NCBI GenBank assembly: GCA_001643675.2
Contig: LSRY02000003.1
Location: 2,046,001 to 2,110,000, forward strand
DNA length: 64,000 bases
Reading direction: 5' to 3'
Source of the DNA: Monocercomonoides exilis PA203
Taxonomy: Eukaryota > Protista > Preaxostyla
The translations under genes and the position numbers were made by a program. Under the pieces are notes generated by a model, which did no database searches, was not told the origin of the DNA, and worked only from the letters and a program-made list of their open reading frames with translations. This document shows positions 22,389 through 33,600 of the stretch, one piece after another (within the stretch, counting starts at the first letter, position 1; every line of letters begins with the position of its first letter).

Positions 22389-25300
22389 TCATCTCTCCTG
22401 ATTCCGCATGGCATTGCTCTGTTTCATTCTCTCTTCATCTTTCATCTCGAGAAAACGCCAAATTCCATTTATTGCTCTCTGGAAATGAAAAAAAGATAAA
22501 AATAAAAAAGATAAACAACAACAACAATAATAATACAATTTCAAAGAAAGAAAGAAAAATAAGAAAAGAAAGCAAACTTGAAGCTGGCCAAACGGAACTT
22601 TCAGAGGAACTGCAGCGCCGATGCGCGACCGGTCGTTAAGACCAGCCTTTGCCAAGTCTCCTTTCTCTCGCGCGCTTTTCACAAGCCCACCCCCAAGCCC
22701 AGCCAGCCTCCCCAGCGCCGTCCCTCTTGCCACAGCCCCGTTCTCTCCATACACCCGCTTTTCCATCCTTTTCTTCTCTTCCCAGCTCAGCGCAGAAACA
22801 AACGCACAGTGCAGCATCTGCACTGCCACCGTCTCCAGCGCTCGCGCTGCTGTCCGCGCCGCAAGCTCCACCGACCGCTCGCACGCAACAAACCCCACAA
22901 CCCCCGCAATGAGATGCCCGGCCAGCTGGAACAGAACACCGCACTTCCCCTCAAAGTCAAACGTGATGTTGTGCTCCCGGCAGTTCGAAAAGAACTGCCC
23001 GTGCGGCACACGCGACAGCTCCGGCTGGTAGAACGGCTGCACTATCACAAAGCTGCGTGTCGCCGCTGGAGAGAGGCAGGCACACGCCTGTGCAGAGGCG
23101 CTTGCTGAGCCACACACCGCCTGAGGAGACACTCTCTGCACACCTGCCACCTGGCGCGGCGAGGTCGACCTGTGTGCTCCGCTCGAACAGCCCTGAGGCC
23201 GAGCACAGGCAGAATGCGCAGAATCAGAGGACGGAGCACGCACATGCAAAGCAGCAGTGCCGCCGCGGCGCGGAAGGAGGTAGTTTCCAGACGCAATCTC
23301 GATGCCCCCCTGCAGCAGATACGACATCCACCGGAACGCCGACGACGCTGCCAGCGGGCCCACCGAAAGATCCACCGCACACATCCGCAGCGACTCCCAC
23401 TCGTCCACAAACACACAATACGAAACACTAAACACCCCAATCATCCCTTTCCCGTGGCACACTTGCCCAATCGCATACGTCGCATCCCGCAGAGCGATCG
23501 ACGGCACACTTTCCTGCGGCACAACCGCCCCTATCGCAACAAACTCGTCCATCCTCTCTCTCTGCCTGTCCGAGCTCAAATGCAACGACACTCCATCCGA
23601 TGCCAAACATCCACCTCCACCCACCCCCATACCCACACCTATACCCACACCCCCTTCTCTTCTCTTCTCTCTCCTCCCAAACAGCCTCTCCCCAATAAAC
23701 GTGATGCTCATCGTCCCGTCCGGCTGTATCATCCCTTCCACAACAGGCTTCCCCACAATCCGCTCCCGCTCCGCACACAGCTCCACCAGCGCCCCCGTCA
23801 CCGTCATCGTCACCAGATAGTCCCGCCAGCTCCCATACGCACTCTCGTCAACCAGCGTCACACACTCCGGGTGCGCAGGAACACTCAGCAGCGATTCCAC
23901 ATCCAGAATCTGCCCCTCTTCTTCTTCTTCTTCCTCTTCCTTCTCCAAATCAATGGAACCACCCTCTCTCCCTGACTCCTCATTCATCCCCAAATCATTC
24001 GCAGACATTTCCACATGTTCCTCATCTTTCCCCACATTTTCTTCTCTTCCATCTGAAGCTAAACCCAAAGACCCGTCTGCTGCTTCTTCTTCTGCTCTCC
24101 TGTTCTCCTGTTGGATGCCATCAGATGGAGAAGAACTGCACACTTCTGGTTCAACTGAATACTGCTTGTCTGCACCCACCTCAGTCTCTGCCTTCACAAA
24201 CCTCAGCCCACTCAGCCCAAGCGCCTCCACAACCAGCGGTGCCATCGCTTCTTCCAGCTTCCCCTGGTTCTCTTTGATTTTCTCCACAAACTCTCTGTGA
24301 GCTGTCGGATACCCGCCTTTCTCCTCATTCCCATCACCTCCCTCTCTCCTTCCATCTTCTCCCTTTTCTTCTCCCTTTTCTTCTCCATTTTTGCCTCCCT
24401 TTTCTCCTTCCTCTGCCTCTTCCCGCTCCTCCAGCACAGCCAGCGCAATAGCTGCTGGTGACAAAACCACATCCTCCATCCTCAGCCCCGCAGCATCCAA
24501 CCCTTTCTCCACAATCCCCCCAACTTCACACACTGCAATCCCTCGCCCCATCACTTCATCGTCCAGCTTCACCACCACACGCCTCGACTGCGGCGATCGC
24601 GACACCAGCCGCGCTATCGCCGACGGCAGCAGCGACGGGTCAAACAGATCGTAGATCGACGGGAATGCATTCACATCTGCCGCTGCAAAGATCCGCTTGC
24701 TCCCCGACTTCGTGCCCACCGACGCTGCAAGCGAAGGAAGCGGTGCCACCAGCGGAACCGAAAGCATCGCTGAAAGCGCCACATCGTATGCACACGCAAC
24801 ACCCCCATACAGCACCGCCCGCCGAGCCACAACATATCCCCGCAGCGTCTGCAGCGCCCGCGGCGACAGCAGCAGCTGCAGCGACAGTGGCATGTGCCGC
24901 CCATACACCCCAGCCGCCTCTGGTACCACAATCCGCAGCCGCCTCTCGATATCGTCCATCGCTCCTGCCGACGTGTATGACGCAGCCACAGCCGACGCAT
25001 CCGAAGGGTCAATCGCAGGCGCTGATGAAGATGATGGCTGCTCATTCTCTGAAGATTTCTTCTCTTCACTTCTCCGCCTCCGGAATGGCGAAGTTGATCG
25101 GCGTGCTGCTCCTGTTGAAGAAGACGAAGAAGAAGAAGGTGCCGAGCGAAGAGACGACTGCTGCGCTGCCCCTGCCACAAGAAGCTTTTTCAGATACCCC
25201 ACCACGTCTGCCGGCAGCTCCACAGGAGACACAAACACAACATCCACATTCGGATCAGAAAGATCAACCAGCCGCGAAAGCTCTCCGTTCTCGAGAGATG

Positions 25301-26975
25301 GGAAAAGATGGAACAGTGTTTCTTCAGCTGAGGAGTTGAAATGAGAAGAAGAAGAAGGAGAGGACGAAGAGGATGAAATGGAGGGATTTGTGGGATCTGT
25401 AGTCAAAGACTGAGAGTATTGTGATTGAGAAAGAAGCTCAGGTGAAATGTCAATGTTCTTCACAAGCTTTAGATCAACAGGTTTGTGCGTGTCTATTGAA
25501 CGCCTAATTCGTTCGTCCCAGCCCAGTGATGGCAGATGAATGTGAACTCGTTTGCTCTGCTTGACAATGTCCCATTCTTCGCACAGCTTTCTCTGCAACT
25601 CCAGACACTTCTCCTCCCGCTCTGCTTGTATCTCCTCCAGCTTTTGCAGGAACCATTGTCTTGTCTGAAATGTCTTCCACCTTCTTTGAATGACTGTAGC
25701 TGCCTTTCCTTTCGGTGATTCTCGATGATATCGGCACCTTGCCAGCCACATCCGCACCACTGACTGGATGGCCGTGGCTGCTTTGTCTTCTCTCTTTCCT
25801 TGTTTGAAGCGCTGCCCAGGCTGCCTCAGACACGCTTGCACTGCATCGATGTTCACAAGGCAGCTCAGCATTTGCTCTTCTTTCAGACGGGCATATTCAA
25901 TGCGAGCGGAACGATGTGTTGCAGGAGACGATTGAAGCTGAGAAGAAGCAGATGAAGGAGAGGAAGCAGGTGAAGTGACTGTTGATGTGGAAGAGGAAGA
26001 GGAAGAGGAAGAAGAAGGAGTCAAGGCACTTGGCGATGAAAGAACAAACCATTCGCTTAGAGCAAAATCAGCAATCTTCTTTCCATCGACAAACAGAAGG
26101 TCCAATGCATTATCTTCCGCCCAGTCCTCGAATTGGATCAACGCCTCGTTGATTCTTGACCAGTAATCTTTGTATGTGCGGGCAAAGGACTCGAATTCAG
26201 GAGTGTTAATGACAGTTCTTCCCTTTTTCATAACAATGTGATGCAGAGAAAACTCATCCATAAGCGCCATGTATCCTCGCTGTTGAACAGGTTCTGTTTC
26301 TGTTCGAAATGAATCTTCTTGATTCTTTGTTCCTTCTTCATCTTTTGGAAATTCTTCTTTTTGTTCTTCGGAATGATGAAAATTTTCATTTGTAGCAAAT
26401 TTTGATGAGGTTTCAGGTTGATGAAAATCAGTGGACGATGCTGAAGAAGGTCTCTCCGTTCTTTTATTTGTTATTTCTTCGTTTAAATCGTTGTTTTGTT
26501 CATCTTCTTTATGAAATTCGTTTTCAGCTATGGATGTATCAGCTTTTTTAATATCTTCCTCTTTCACTGATTGGGGTTGAATGTTAATAATTGCTGTTGA
26601 TTGTTTTTTTGACAGCTCAGCTTGCCTCCGTTTCCTCTCTTCGTATCTTTGCACCATTGCTGCTGTAACTCTTGGCTTGTATCTGTGGTCAGGAAGTCCC
26701 CCCTGTATTGGATGATCGCTTTCAACTGGAGTGGCAAGATCAAGCATTCCAAGTGGAGCTTTCACTATAGAATTTATTGGACGTTTAGGCCTAACTAATT
26801 TCGTTCCATCTTGAGCTTCTACAACGCAAAATTTCTCTTCCCTTTTATGTACTTTCATGTGAGAAGTGATTATTGATGGAGTTCTATTAAAGGAGATAGA
26901 AGAATAAAACGGTGTGGTTAGAACTCCATTTTGATTGCGATAAGGCACTTTTGTTTTGTTTTTGTTTTGACTCAT
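22389..26975 (-). CDS. IQCH: IQ motif-containing protein H (IQCH)-like protein; one 99-nt intron at 22479-22577; start uncertain (first ATG 26975)
   Basis: Two IQ motifs (AATAIQSVVRMWLARCRY, AATVIQRRWKTFQTR) plus blocks I recognise from IQCH: MDEFSLHHIVMKKG..TPEFESF, RVHIHLPSLG, LSRLVDLSDPNVDVVFVSP, TKSGSKRIFAAADV, FF..CREHNITFD. Confidence 0.8.
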   Translation of the reverse strand: MSQNKNKTKVPYRNQNGVLTTPFYSSISFNRTPSIITSHMKVHKREEKFCVVEAQDGTKLVRPKRPINSIVKAPLGMLDLATPVESDHPIQGGLPDHRYKPRVTAAMVQRYEERKRRQAELSKKQSTAIINIQPQSVKEEDIKKADTSIAENEFHKEDEQNNDLNEEITNKRTERPSSASSTDFHQPETSSKFATNENFHHSEEQKEEFPKDEEGTKNQEDSFRTETEPVQQRGYMALMDEFSLHHIVMKKGRTVINTPEFESFARTYKDYWSRINEALIQFEDWAEDNALDLLFVDGKKIADFALSEWFVLSSPSALTPSSSSSSSSSTSTVTSPASSPSSASSQLQSSPATHRSARIEYARLKEEQMLSCLVNIDAVQACLRQPGQRFKQGKREDKAATAIQSVVRMWLARCRYHRESPKGKAATVIQRRWKTFQTRQWFLQKLEEIQAEREEKCLELQRKLCEEWDIVKQSKRVHIHLPSLGWDERIRRSIDTHKPVDLKLVKNIDISPELLSQSQYSQSLTTDPTNPSISSSSSSPSSSSHFNSSAEETLFHLFPSLENGELSRLVDLSDPNVDVVFVSPVELPADVVGYLKKLLVAGAAQQSSLRSAPSSSSSSSTGAARRSTSPFRRRRSEEKKSSENEQPSSSSAPAIDPSDASAVAASYTSAGAMDDIERRLRIVVPEAAGVYGRHMPLSLQLLLSPRALQTLRGYVVARRAVLYGGVACAYDVALSAMLSVPLVAPLPSLAASVGTKSGSKRIFAAADVNAFPSIYDLFDPSLLPSAIARLVSRSPQSRRVVVKLDDEVMGRGIAVCEVGGIVEKGLDAAGLRMEDVVLSPAAIALAVLEEREEAEEGEKGGKNGEEKGEEKGEDGRREGGDGNEEKGGYPTAHREFVEKIKENQGKLEEAMAPLVVEALGLSGLRFVKAETEVGADKQYSVEPEVCSSSPSDGIQQENRRAEEEAADGSLGLASDGREENVGKDEEHVEMSANDLGMNEESGREGGSIDLEKEEEEEEEEGQILDVESLLSVPAHPECVTLVDESAYGSWRDYLVTMTVTGALVELCAERERIVGKPVVEGMIQPDGTMSITFIGERLFGRREKRREGGVGIGVGMGVGGGGCLASDGVSLHLSSDRQRERMDEFVAIGAVVPQESVPSIALRDATYAIGQVCHGKGMIGVFSVSYCVFVDEWESLRMCAVDLSVGPLAASSAFRWMSYLLQGGIEIASGNYLLPRRGGTAALHVRAPSSDSAHSACARPQGCSSGAHRSTSPRQVAGVQRVSPQAVCGSASASAQACACLSPAATRSFVIVQPFYQPELSRVPHGQFFSNCREHNITFDFEGKCGVLFQLAGHLIAGVVGFVACERSVELAARTAARALETVAVQMLHCAFVSALSWEEKKRMEKRVYGENGAVARGTALGRLAGLGGGLVKSAREKGDLAKAGLNDRSRIGAAVPLKVPFGQLQVCFLFLFFFLSLKLYYYCCCCLSFLFLSFFHFQRAINGIWRFLEMKDEERMKQSNAMRNQER

Positions 26976-27180
26976 CAATGATGAAGAAGGAAAACCAACT
27001 TTACACAAATGCTTAAATAAAGAAGAGTTAATGAATTTAACTATGTGTAATTAAAATAGAACAAATAAAAAAATATATACATAAACAAATTAATATACCT
27101 ATAAATTAAAAGCTTCTATTTATAAAGATATTGCTTGCAGAAAATAACGTTTGATCAAACTTCCCTATTGTACTTGAATT
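26976..27180. promoter_or_regulatory. Short divergent (head-to-head) intergenic region; probable bidirectional promoter
   Basis: Only ~205 bp of AT-rich DNA between the IQCH-like ATG (-) and the S41-like ATG (+). Confidence 0.5.
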
Positions 27181-30032
27181 ATGTTAATATTTACTTTTTT
27201 ATTTACGTATGCATGTTGCCAGTTTAAATGTGATATAAGTCAACGACTTTTAGTGCGACATTACAACGTTACAAACTGTTTAAATATGCTTACCGTGTGT
27301 AGTTATGAACTTATTTTAAAAATTTTTATAATATTCACTCTCATATACGAATACTTTTGATTCATGTGGCTTATTAGGTAAACGAAGAAAAGAATGAAAA
27401 TGATGTTTTGGTAAATGATATACTTACATATTTTGAAAGCTACGCCTATCGTGACAAACTCCTTAATTTGCCTTCTCCATTTCAAGATCAATCAGTTGAT
27501 ATCATTAAAGGTTTAAAGGATATTCAAGGAAATAAGTATAATAGGATAATTCCATTTTATACGGAAGTTGCAGAAGTTTTGAGAAAAATGAGAGACGGAA
27601 ATACTCAAGTTCAATTTCCTTGTACCCAACCGTTTTCATGGATTTTCCCATTTGGTTTGTCAGTCGAAACCGACATTAATAATTCTTCAAAGAAACCAAT
27701 ATTACGATTTGTTAAGCATTCCCTTTCTGGAATTACGAATAAAGCAATTAGTGAATATCAACAGCCTCAATTGGTGAATAAAATTATAACCAGAATTGTG
27801 ATTCAAGATGAAGATGAAAACACTAAAGAAACAGCACTAGAAACAATTGCAAAGTGGGCAGATGAAAATATTCCGTTTTCGAGAACACCAGGCGGAAGAT
27901 TAAATTATGCTATTGCAAAATACTGGTCGACAAGGCCTTTGTCTTTATTCCCAAGTTTACCGAGTTTCAGTGTTACTGTGTGGTACCTTGAAAACGATGA
28001 TGACCTTGAAGAAGAAGCAAAGGAGACGGTAGTTTCGTTCTTTGGTTTCTCAACAGTTGATGTTAAAGATATTGAGGAGTTATGTCCAATGAAAGATGCT
28101 GAAAAAGAAAAAGCGTTTAAAAATGGAAAAGTGAAAGAACAAGAAGAAATTTTGAAAAATAACAAGGAAAATCAACGCGATGATCATAATAAGGTTATAA
28201 AGGCAAATCAGAAAACAAATAAAAGAGCAAAAATACCAACTGTTTTTGATTTAATTCGTGAAGAGCGTTTCAACCGGATCACATCGCAAAGCACAATCCC
28301 ATCAAACAAAACGAAGCAATCACAAACAAAAGCGCTTGGCAACGATCTTCCCAAATACACTGTTATCCACAACGGGACGACGATCCGCGGGTACAAAGTG
28401 AGCGACACCAACATCGGCATTCTGTCTATTGAGTCATTTCAGTCTGAAGATGAGATCCAGCGGAAAGAGCTGGCAAAGGGCATAGCCGACACGCTCAACA
28501 AGCTGAAGCAGGACAACGTGGCGAAGCTGATCATCGACCTGACGAGCTGCGACGGTGACGACGTGGCGCTGGGCAACGGCATGCTGCGGATGCTGTTTCC
28601 TTCTGTCTATCCAGTCTATGGTGCTGTTGATATACCAAATACAGAGCTGAATGCGAAGGCGATGGAGAAGCTGCGGAAGGAGAACGGGGTGCAGCTGACC
28701 GACACGTTCACCATGCTCGACGCAGGCGATGTGTTTGCGAACAAAGTAGAGCAGACAGAAAGCGGACAAGGCGTCACCCGCAGCAGGCAGTGGACAAAGA
28801 CGTTCTCGATCAACTACGACAAAGTCGATCCGTTTCCGGATGTGCTCAACTCGATGAACTGGCTATGGAAGAACAAGCGCCCGTTTGACCCGAACAACAT
28901 CATCGTTCTGACAGACTCGATGTGCGGCTCTGTCTGCACGCTGGTTGTGAAGCACATGAGAGAGCTGCATTTGGCAAAGATGGTGTCTTTTGGGGGAGAT
29001 CCGCTGAACAAAGGAATTCCGCTGGACTTGGCTTCGGTGGGAGCGGGCTATGTGCTGGATTCTGATGAGTTTGAGAGTGTTCTTAAACAGTCAGCAAAAG
29101 AATCGAGTTCAGCTGAAGAGGCTTCTAATTCATATTCTTCTTCACTTTCTTCTTCTTCTTCTTCCATCTCATCCAGTCAATCAGCACACAACTTCTCTCC
29201 TCTGCTTGGAGCATCTTCCATTTCATCTTCCCTTCTTTCATCCAATTCATCTTTTCCCAAAACCAGATCAGCCCTTCCTTCTCCGTTTCTCCGAAAGACT
29301 GCGAAGCTGACGATGACCATCACAAATCAGCACAGCCACGACAGCAGCACGCCTGATGACTCATTAGAGTTCAAAATATGCGATCCAGACGTCACACTGA
29401 ACTTCTATCCATCTCCGGACGACGATGAAGACGAAGGACGAGTGCTGCTCAGCGAGAGAGTGAAAGGAGTGTTCGACCGCTGCTTTGAATGGCAGGTGAA
29501 GGAGACGCATTATGAGTGTGCCAATGCTGAGGGACACAGAGAAAACGAGGTGTGGGGAAGGCCCTGCAATGCAAGCACAAACACGTTTGATGAAACAAAA
29601 TGTGTGTTTGCAAGGTGTGCAGATGGGTATTATCTGAGCAGTGAGACGAAGAAGTGCGAGCTGATTCCGAAGTTTCCATGGGAAGATATGGAAGTTGATG
29701 ATTCGAAGAAGAAGATATCAACAGCTGCTTCTGTTGTCATCGCAGTTCTTTCTGTTCTGGTTGTAGGGGGAATCATAGCAGTTGTAATTTTCATCATCTG
29801 GAAGAAGAGGAAAGAGAGTGCGCATATTCGATACAGAAACATGGGGATGAACAAAACATCTGCTCCAAGGGCACCGAAAAAGCAGCCCACTCAAATTGAG
29901 ATGGATTTGGATGAGGCTTCGACTTATGAGGAGCCGGACACTTTGTCAGTTGGAGAGTCTAAAAAAGAAGAGGAAAAGAGAGAGACAGAAAAAACGGAAA
30001 AAACGGAAAAGGCAGAGGAGTTTAAGATGTGA
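27181..30032 (+). CDS. Type-I membrane protein of the peptidase S41/CPAF-like family (~922 aa): signal peptide, S41-like domain, Cys-rich module, TM helix, cytosolic tail; exons 27181-27294 and 27378-30032
   Basis: Exon 1 encodes MLIFTFLFTYACCQFKCDISQRLLVRHYNVTNCLNMLT. A phase-0 intron GTGTGT...TTATTAG (27295-27377) joins it in frame to VNEEKNENDVLVNDIL. Motifs IGILSIESF, LIIDL, IIVLTDSMCGSVC, SFGGDP; TM VVIAVLSVLVVGGIIAVVIFIIW-KKRK. Confidence 0.8.
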
Positions 30033-30685
30033 GCAATCGGCTCTTTGTTATTTTGGACTTTTTGATGAAAATGTGTATTTTTTCTTTTTTTGTTGGTTGA
30101 TTATAAAATGATTATTTGTATCATTATTTATATACAATTGAACGCTTTATCTTCAATTCATTTCTATTTTTATTACCTTCATTGTTGGATATTTTGTAAT
30201 TTATCTTCTTTTTCTGAGGCATCTCAACTTTGAAACTGAAATTTTGTTTGAATATTTTGAATAATAACAATTGTTAAATGAATTATTACCCCATCTTCTC
30301 AATTAAAAACAATTATAAAAAAAAAGTGAAGAAATATTATTTGGTAAGAAAATGATTTGACTTGAAGAGTTCGAAACGTGAGATGAATTATAAAGAAAGA
30401 ATGAGAATATTCCAGTTGAAATTGAAGCAAAAAATGATTAAAAAAGGCTGTGAGATGAATGGAGTGTTTGTGAACAAAACAAAATTCAAAAATCCAGATT
30501 TGCATCAAAAGAACAATTTTCAACAAATCTTTTTCAGATTTTTCAACTTAAATACAGAAAGAGAGAAGAAGTGAATGTGAATGAATTTAACAACACAAGA
30601 ATTGTTTTTATATGAGAAGTTCCGCTTTTCTTTAAAAAAATCATTAAAATTTCAAGAATTCCAATAATTTTTACAAATTCCCTTT

Positions 30686-33600
30686 TCATTCGTTCTGCTG
30701 GCACAGCAATGCAGTTCCCCTCAGCACCCAATGTTGAGGTGGCTCAGACGTCGGCAGTGTCACTGCAGTCACAAAGTTCGTTGAATGCCCTGTTGTTGAC
30801 AACACACCATATCTCGCGCCTGTCTTATACAAAGGAGCTGCATAGAGTGTTGGCGGCGGAGTGTATCCCTTCTGAGGCAGGAAGTGGAGCACAGGCATCG
30901 TCGCATACATTTCACCCGGGCGCGATTCTGCCAGCTTCATCTCGTTGTCGTCCCACCGCCCAGCCTCCATAAACAGGCCATGAACATACACCCCGTCAGA
31001 TGGCGGTGCTGTGATCGCCTCGGCTGGCTCCTTCAGCGCCTGGAACTTGAAGCGGAGGGTGTCGATGGGGTACTTGTACTTCCTGGCGTATGTCTGCAGG
31101 ATGGCGGTGAGGAAGCCCTGCGGGAAGAAGAACCCGCTGAACCAGTAGCAGTTTGGCATGCCTTTGGTCAGCCACGTGCGGAAGAAGGCAACTCTGTCAC
31201 AGAGATCGTCCACCCACGAGGCCAATGGCTTCAGAGAAGGATAAGCTGCGTCTGCCCAAGCGGTTGGCACAACGCCTGCAAGAATTGCGTTGTATACATC
31301 TTCAATCGCCTGGGACATCACAACAAGCCCCGCAATTGCTCTCTCCAGTTCTCTCAGTGAAGCAACAATAACGTTGAGGAGGTTGTTGAACCTGACCATT
31401 TCCTGTGACAGCACAATCGAAAGAGAAGAAGGCGGAGCTGCTTCTGTTGCGTCTTCTATGAGAGTTCCATCTTCTGAATTGCTCAGTTCAGGAAGGGCAG
31501 CGCTTGATGCTGACGATGTGAGCTGTGGAAGAACACCAGGAATAGCTTCGCTCTTCTCCAAAAGCGGAGGCAGTTTGCTGAGAATTGCTTTGCTTGTTTC
31601 CAAAACTTCATCATCGGATGAACGACCAGCTGGTGCTTCTTTCTCTTCTTTTTCTTCTTCTTCCTCTTTGGTTTCTTCTCCTTTTCCTTTTTGCTCTTTC
31701 TTTTCTTCTGTTTGTTCTTTGTCTTCTCCTTCGCCTTCTTGTGCATTTGCTGCAGCTGCTGCTGTCTTCTTCTTCTTCTTCTTCTTGGAGACTGCAGCAT
31801 TGCTTCCACCTGATGATGCGCGTCTTGGCTGCATCAGAGCGATCGACTGAATAATTCTGCTTGCTTCTGTCAGCTGCAGCTGAAGTTCTGCGTTGTCGTG
31901 CATTCCAAACACAGACGGATCTTCGGTCGATGGGAATTGATCGGCAAATTCGATTGCCTCAGTGTATGTCTTCAGATCGTCGATGATGTATCTGTCGTGA
32001 TTGACGCTGTTCGGGTTGGTAGAGCCGAGATTGAAGGGATCTTTGAATGCAATTTCTTCTGTGTAGAAACGACTGAGCATAGCTCCTAATGTCCTTTTGT
32101 CCCAATCGTCTGTCACTCTTCCTCCATAGTTCACAATGCCTGTCATGTATTTGAGTGCTTTCCACGGAATTGTGTGTCCATCCACACTCACTCCAGAAGT
32201 CAATGGAGTTGCTGAGGAAGAAGAAGCAGATTCTCCTTCTTTCTTTTTCTTTGAGGATGTTGTATCGTCAATGTTGGCAGCATCATTCAAGTACATCTTC
32301 AAGTGATTGACTGAAACTTCAAAGTCGCTGTCGCTAAACTCGTACACGATGTTCCATCCCAACGGACCATACTTTCGTCTTTCTTGAATAAGAGAGTGGA
32401 AGAAAGCAAGGCCAAACAGCAATCTTCTCCACACAAACTGCTGTTTCGGGCAGCCTTGTTCATACAACGTTGGCGAAAGAGTCCTCAGAGATCTCAGAAT
32501 GTTGTTACGAACACCCTTTGGCGGTTCATTTGTAAGCTTAATACCATTTTGCAGCACAGCAATAGGAAACGCAGAAGTTGGCATTGCGCTCAGCCAAAGT
32601 CTGAAGTTCGTGTTAGACGGTGCTCCTTCATTTGTCTGGTACGAAAGACAGATGCGTTCGAGCTCAGGCATCCACGATGCCGCCAAATGGCAGTTCTGCA
32701 GGAACACCCACGAGCCTTTCATAGCTGCCTCCTTCAGCATCTGCACAGCAATTGGCCCTTGCCCTTGCCCAAGTGACAGAAGCTGCAGCCGATCTTCGAA
32801 TCCTTTCGACTGCGCAAACCGCACAACATGCTGTGTTGGGTCAGCACCTGTGGACAAGATGAAGATGATTGGTGTGGAGCGAGACGAGTCTCTATGAGCT
32901 TTTTCGAGATCCATTGCAGGAGAGCGAATGAATGTGTCACCGAGTGTGATTCGCACATACTCCATCGTACAGACAGTCAGAGAGCGAGGAGATATCACCC
33001 TCACAAACAGCAGCCGCTGGAAGTCGTTCCACTTCACTTGGTGTGAAGCAGATGGTATCATAGAGGCAGTCGGTGTTGGCTGGTTCAGCCATTCCTTCCA
33101 TGCAGCAATTGATTCTTCAGATTCTGTCATTGCAGCACAGATGCCTCCATACACCTCGTCCCAGTGGAGATCCAACATTGTCAGCTCTGTCCAGCACTTC
33201 CAGTCGATCTCTCCTTCAAACGGAAACGCTGTCAAAGTAGAAGATGAGGCAGATGAACCAGACGCCGCAGCAGCTGTCGATGGAGGCATAAACGATGGAG
33301 GCAGAGGATGTGCTCTTTGTTGTGTGGATGAGGCATTTGTTGTGCCTACTGATGCAAGTGCGAGTGTGGGCCCTCTCATGTACACGTCCCACTCCTTCGG
33401 CGAAATCGTCTGATCGCGTTTTCTGATCTGCGCAGCCATCACAAACGAGAAGAGCAGCCGGTGCTTCTCAAACAGCCCTCTGCAGATGTTCGTGTAGATA
33501 AGCTCCGTGAGTGCGTCTATCAGCGATTTCAGTCTTTCTTCGAGTGTGGGTGAAGGAGGAGTCTGAGTCAATGACAAACCAAAGATGTTCTTGAAGTACT

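Larger units (their letters stand above)
12473..24584. repeat. Right arm of the giant inverted duplication
   Basis: Near-identical reverse complement of 1-12096. Differences are homopolymer indels plus a few clustered substitution patches. Confidence 0.98.

Noticed and set aside
1-24584. Palindrome arms as terminal inverted repeats of a giant transposon or Polinton
   Set aside because: The arms contain host genes and enclose only 376 bp. No transposase, integrase or polymerase is seen.
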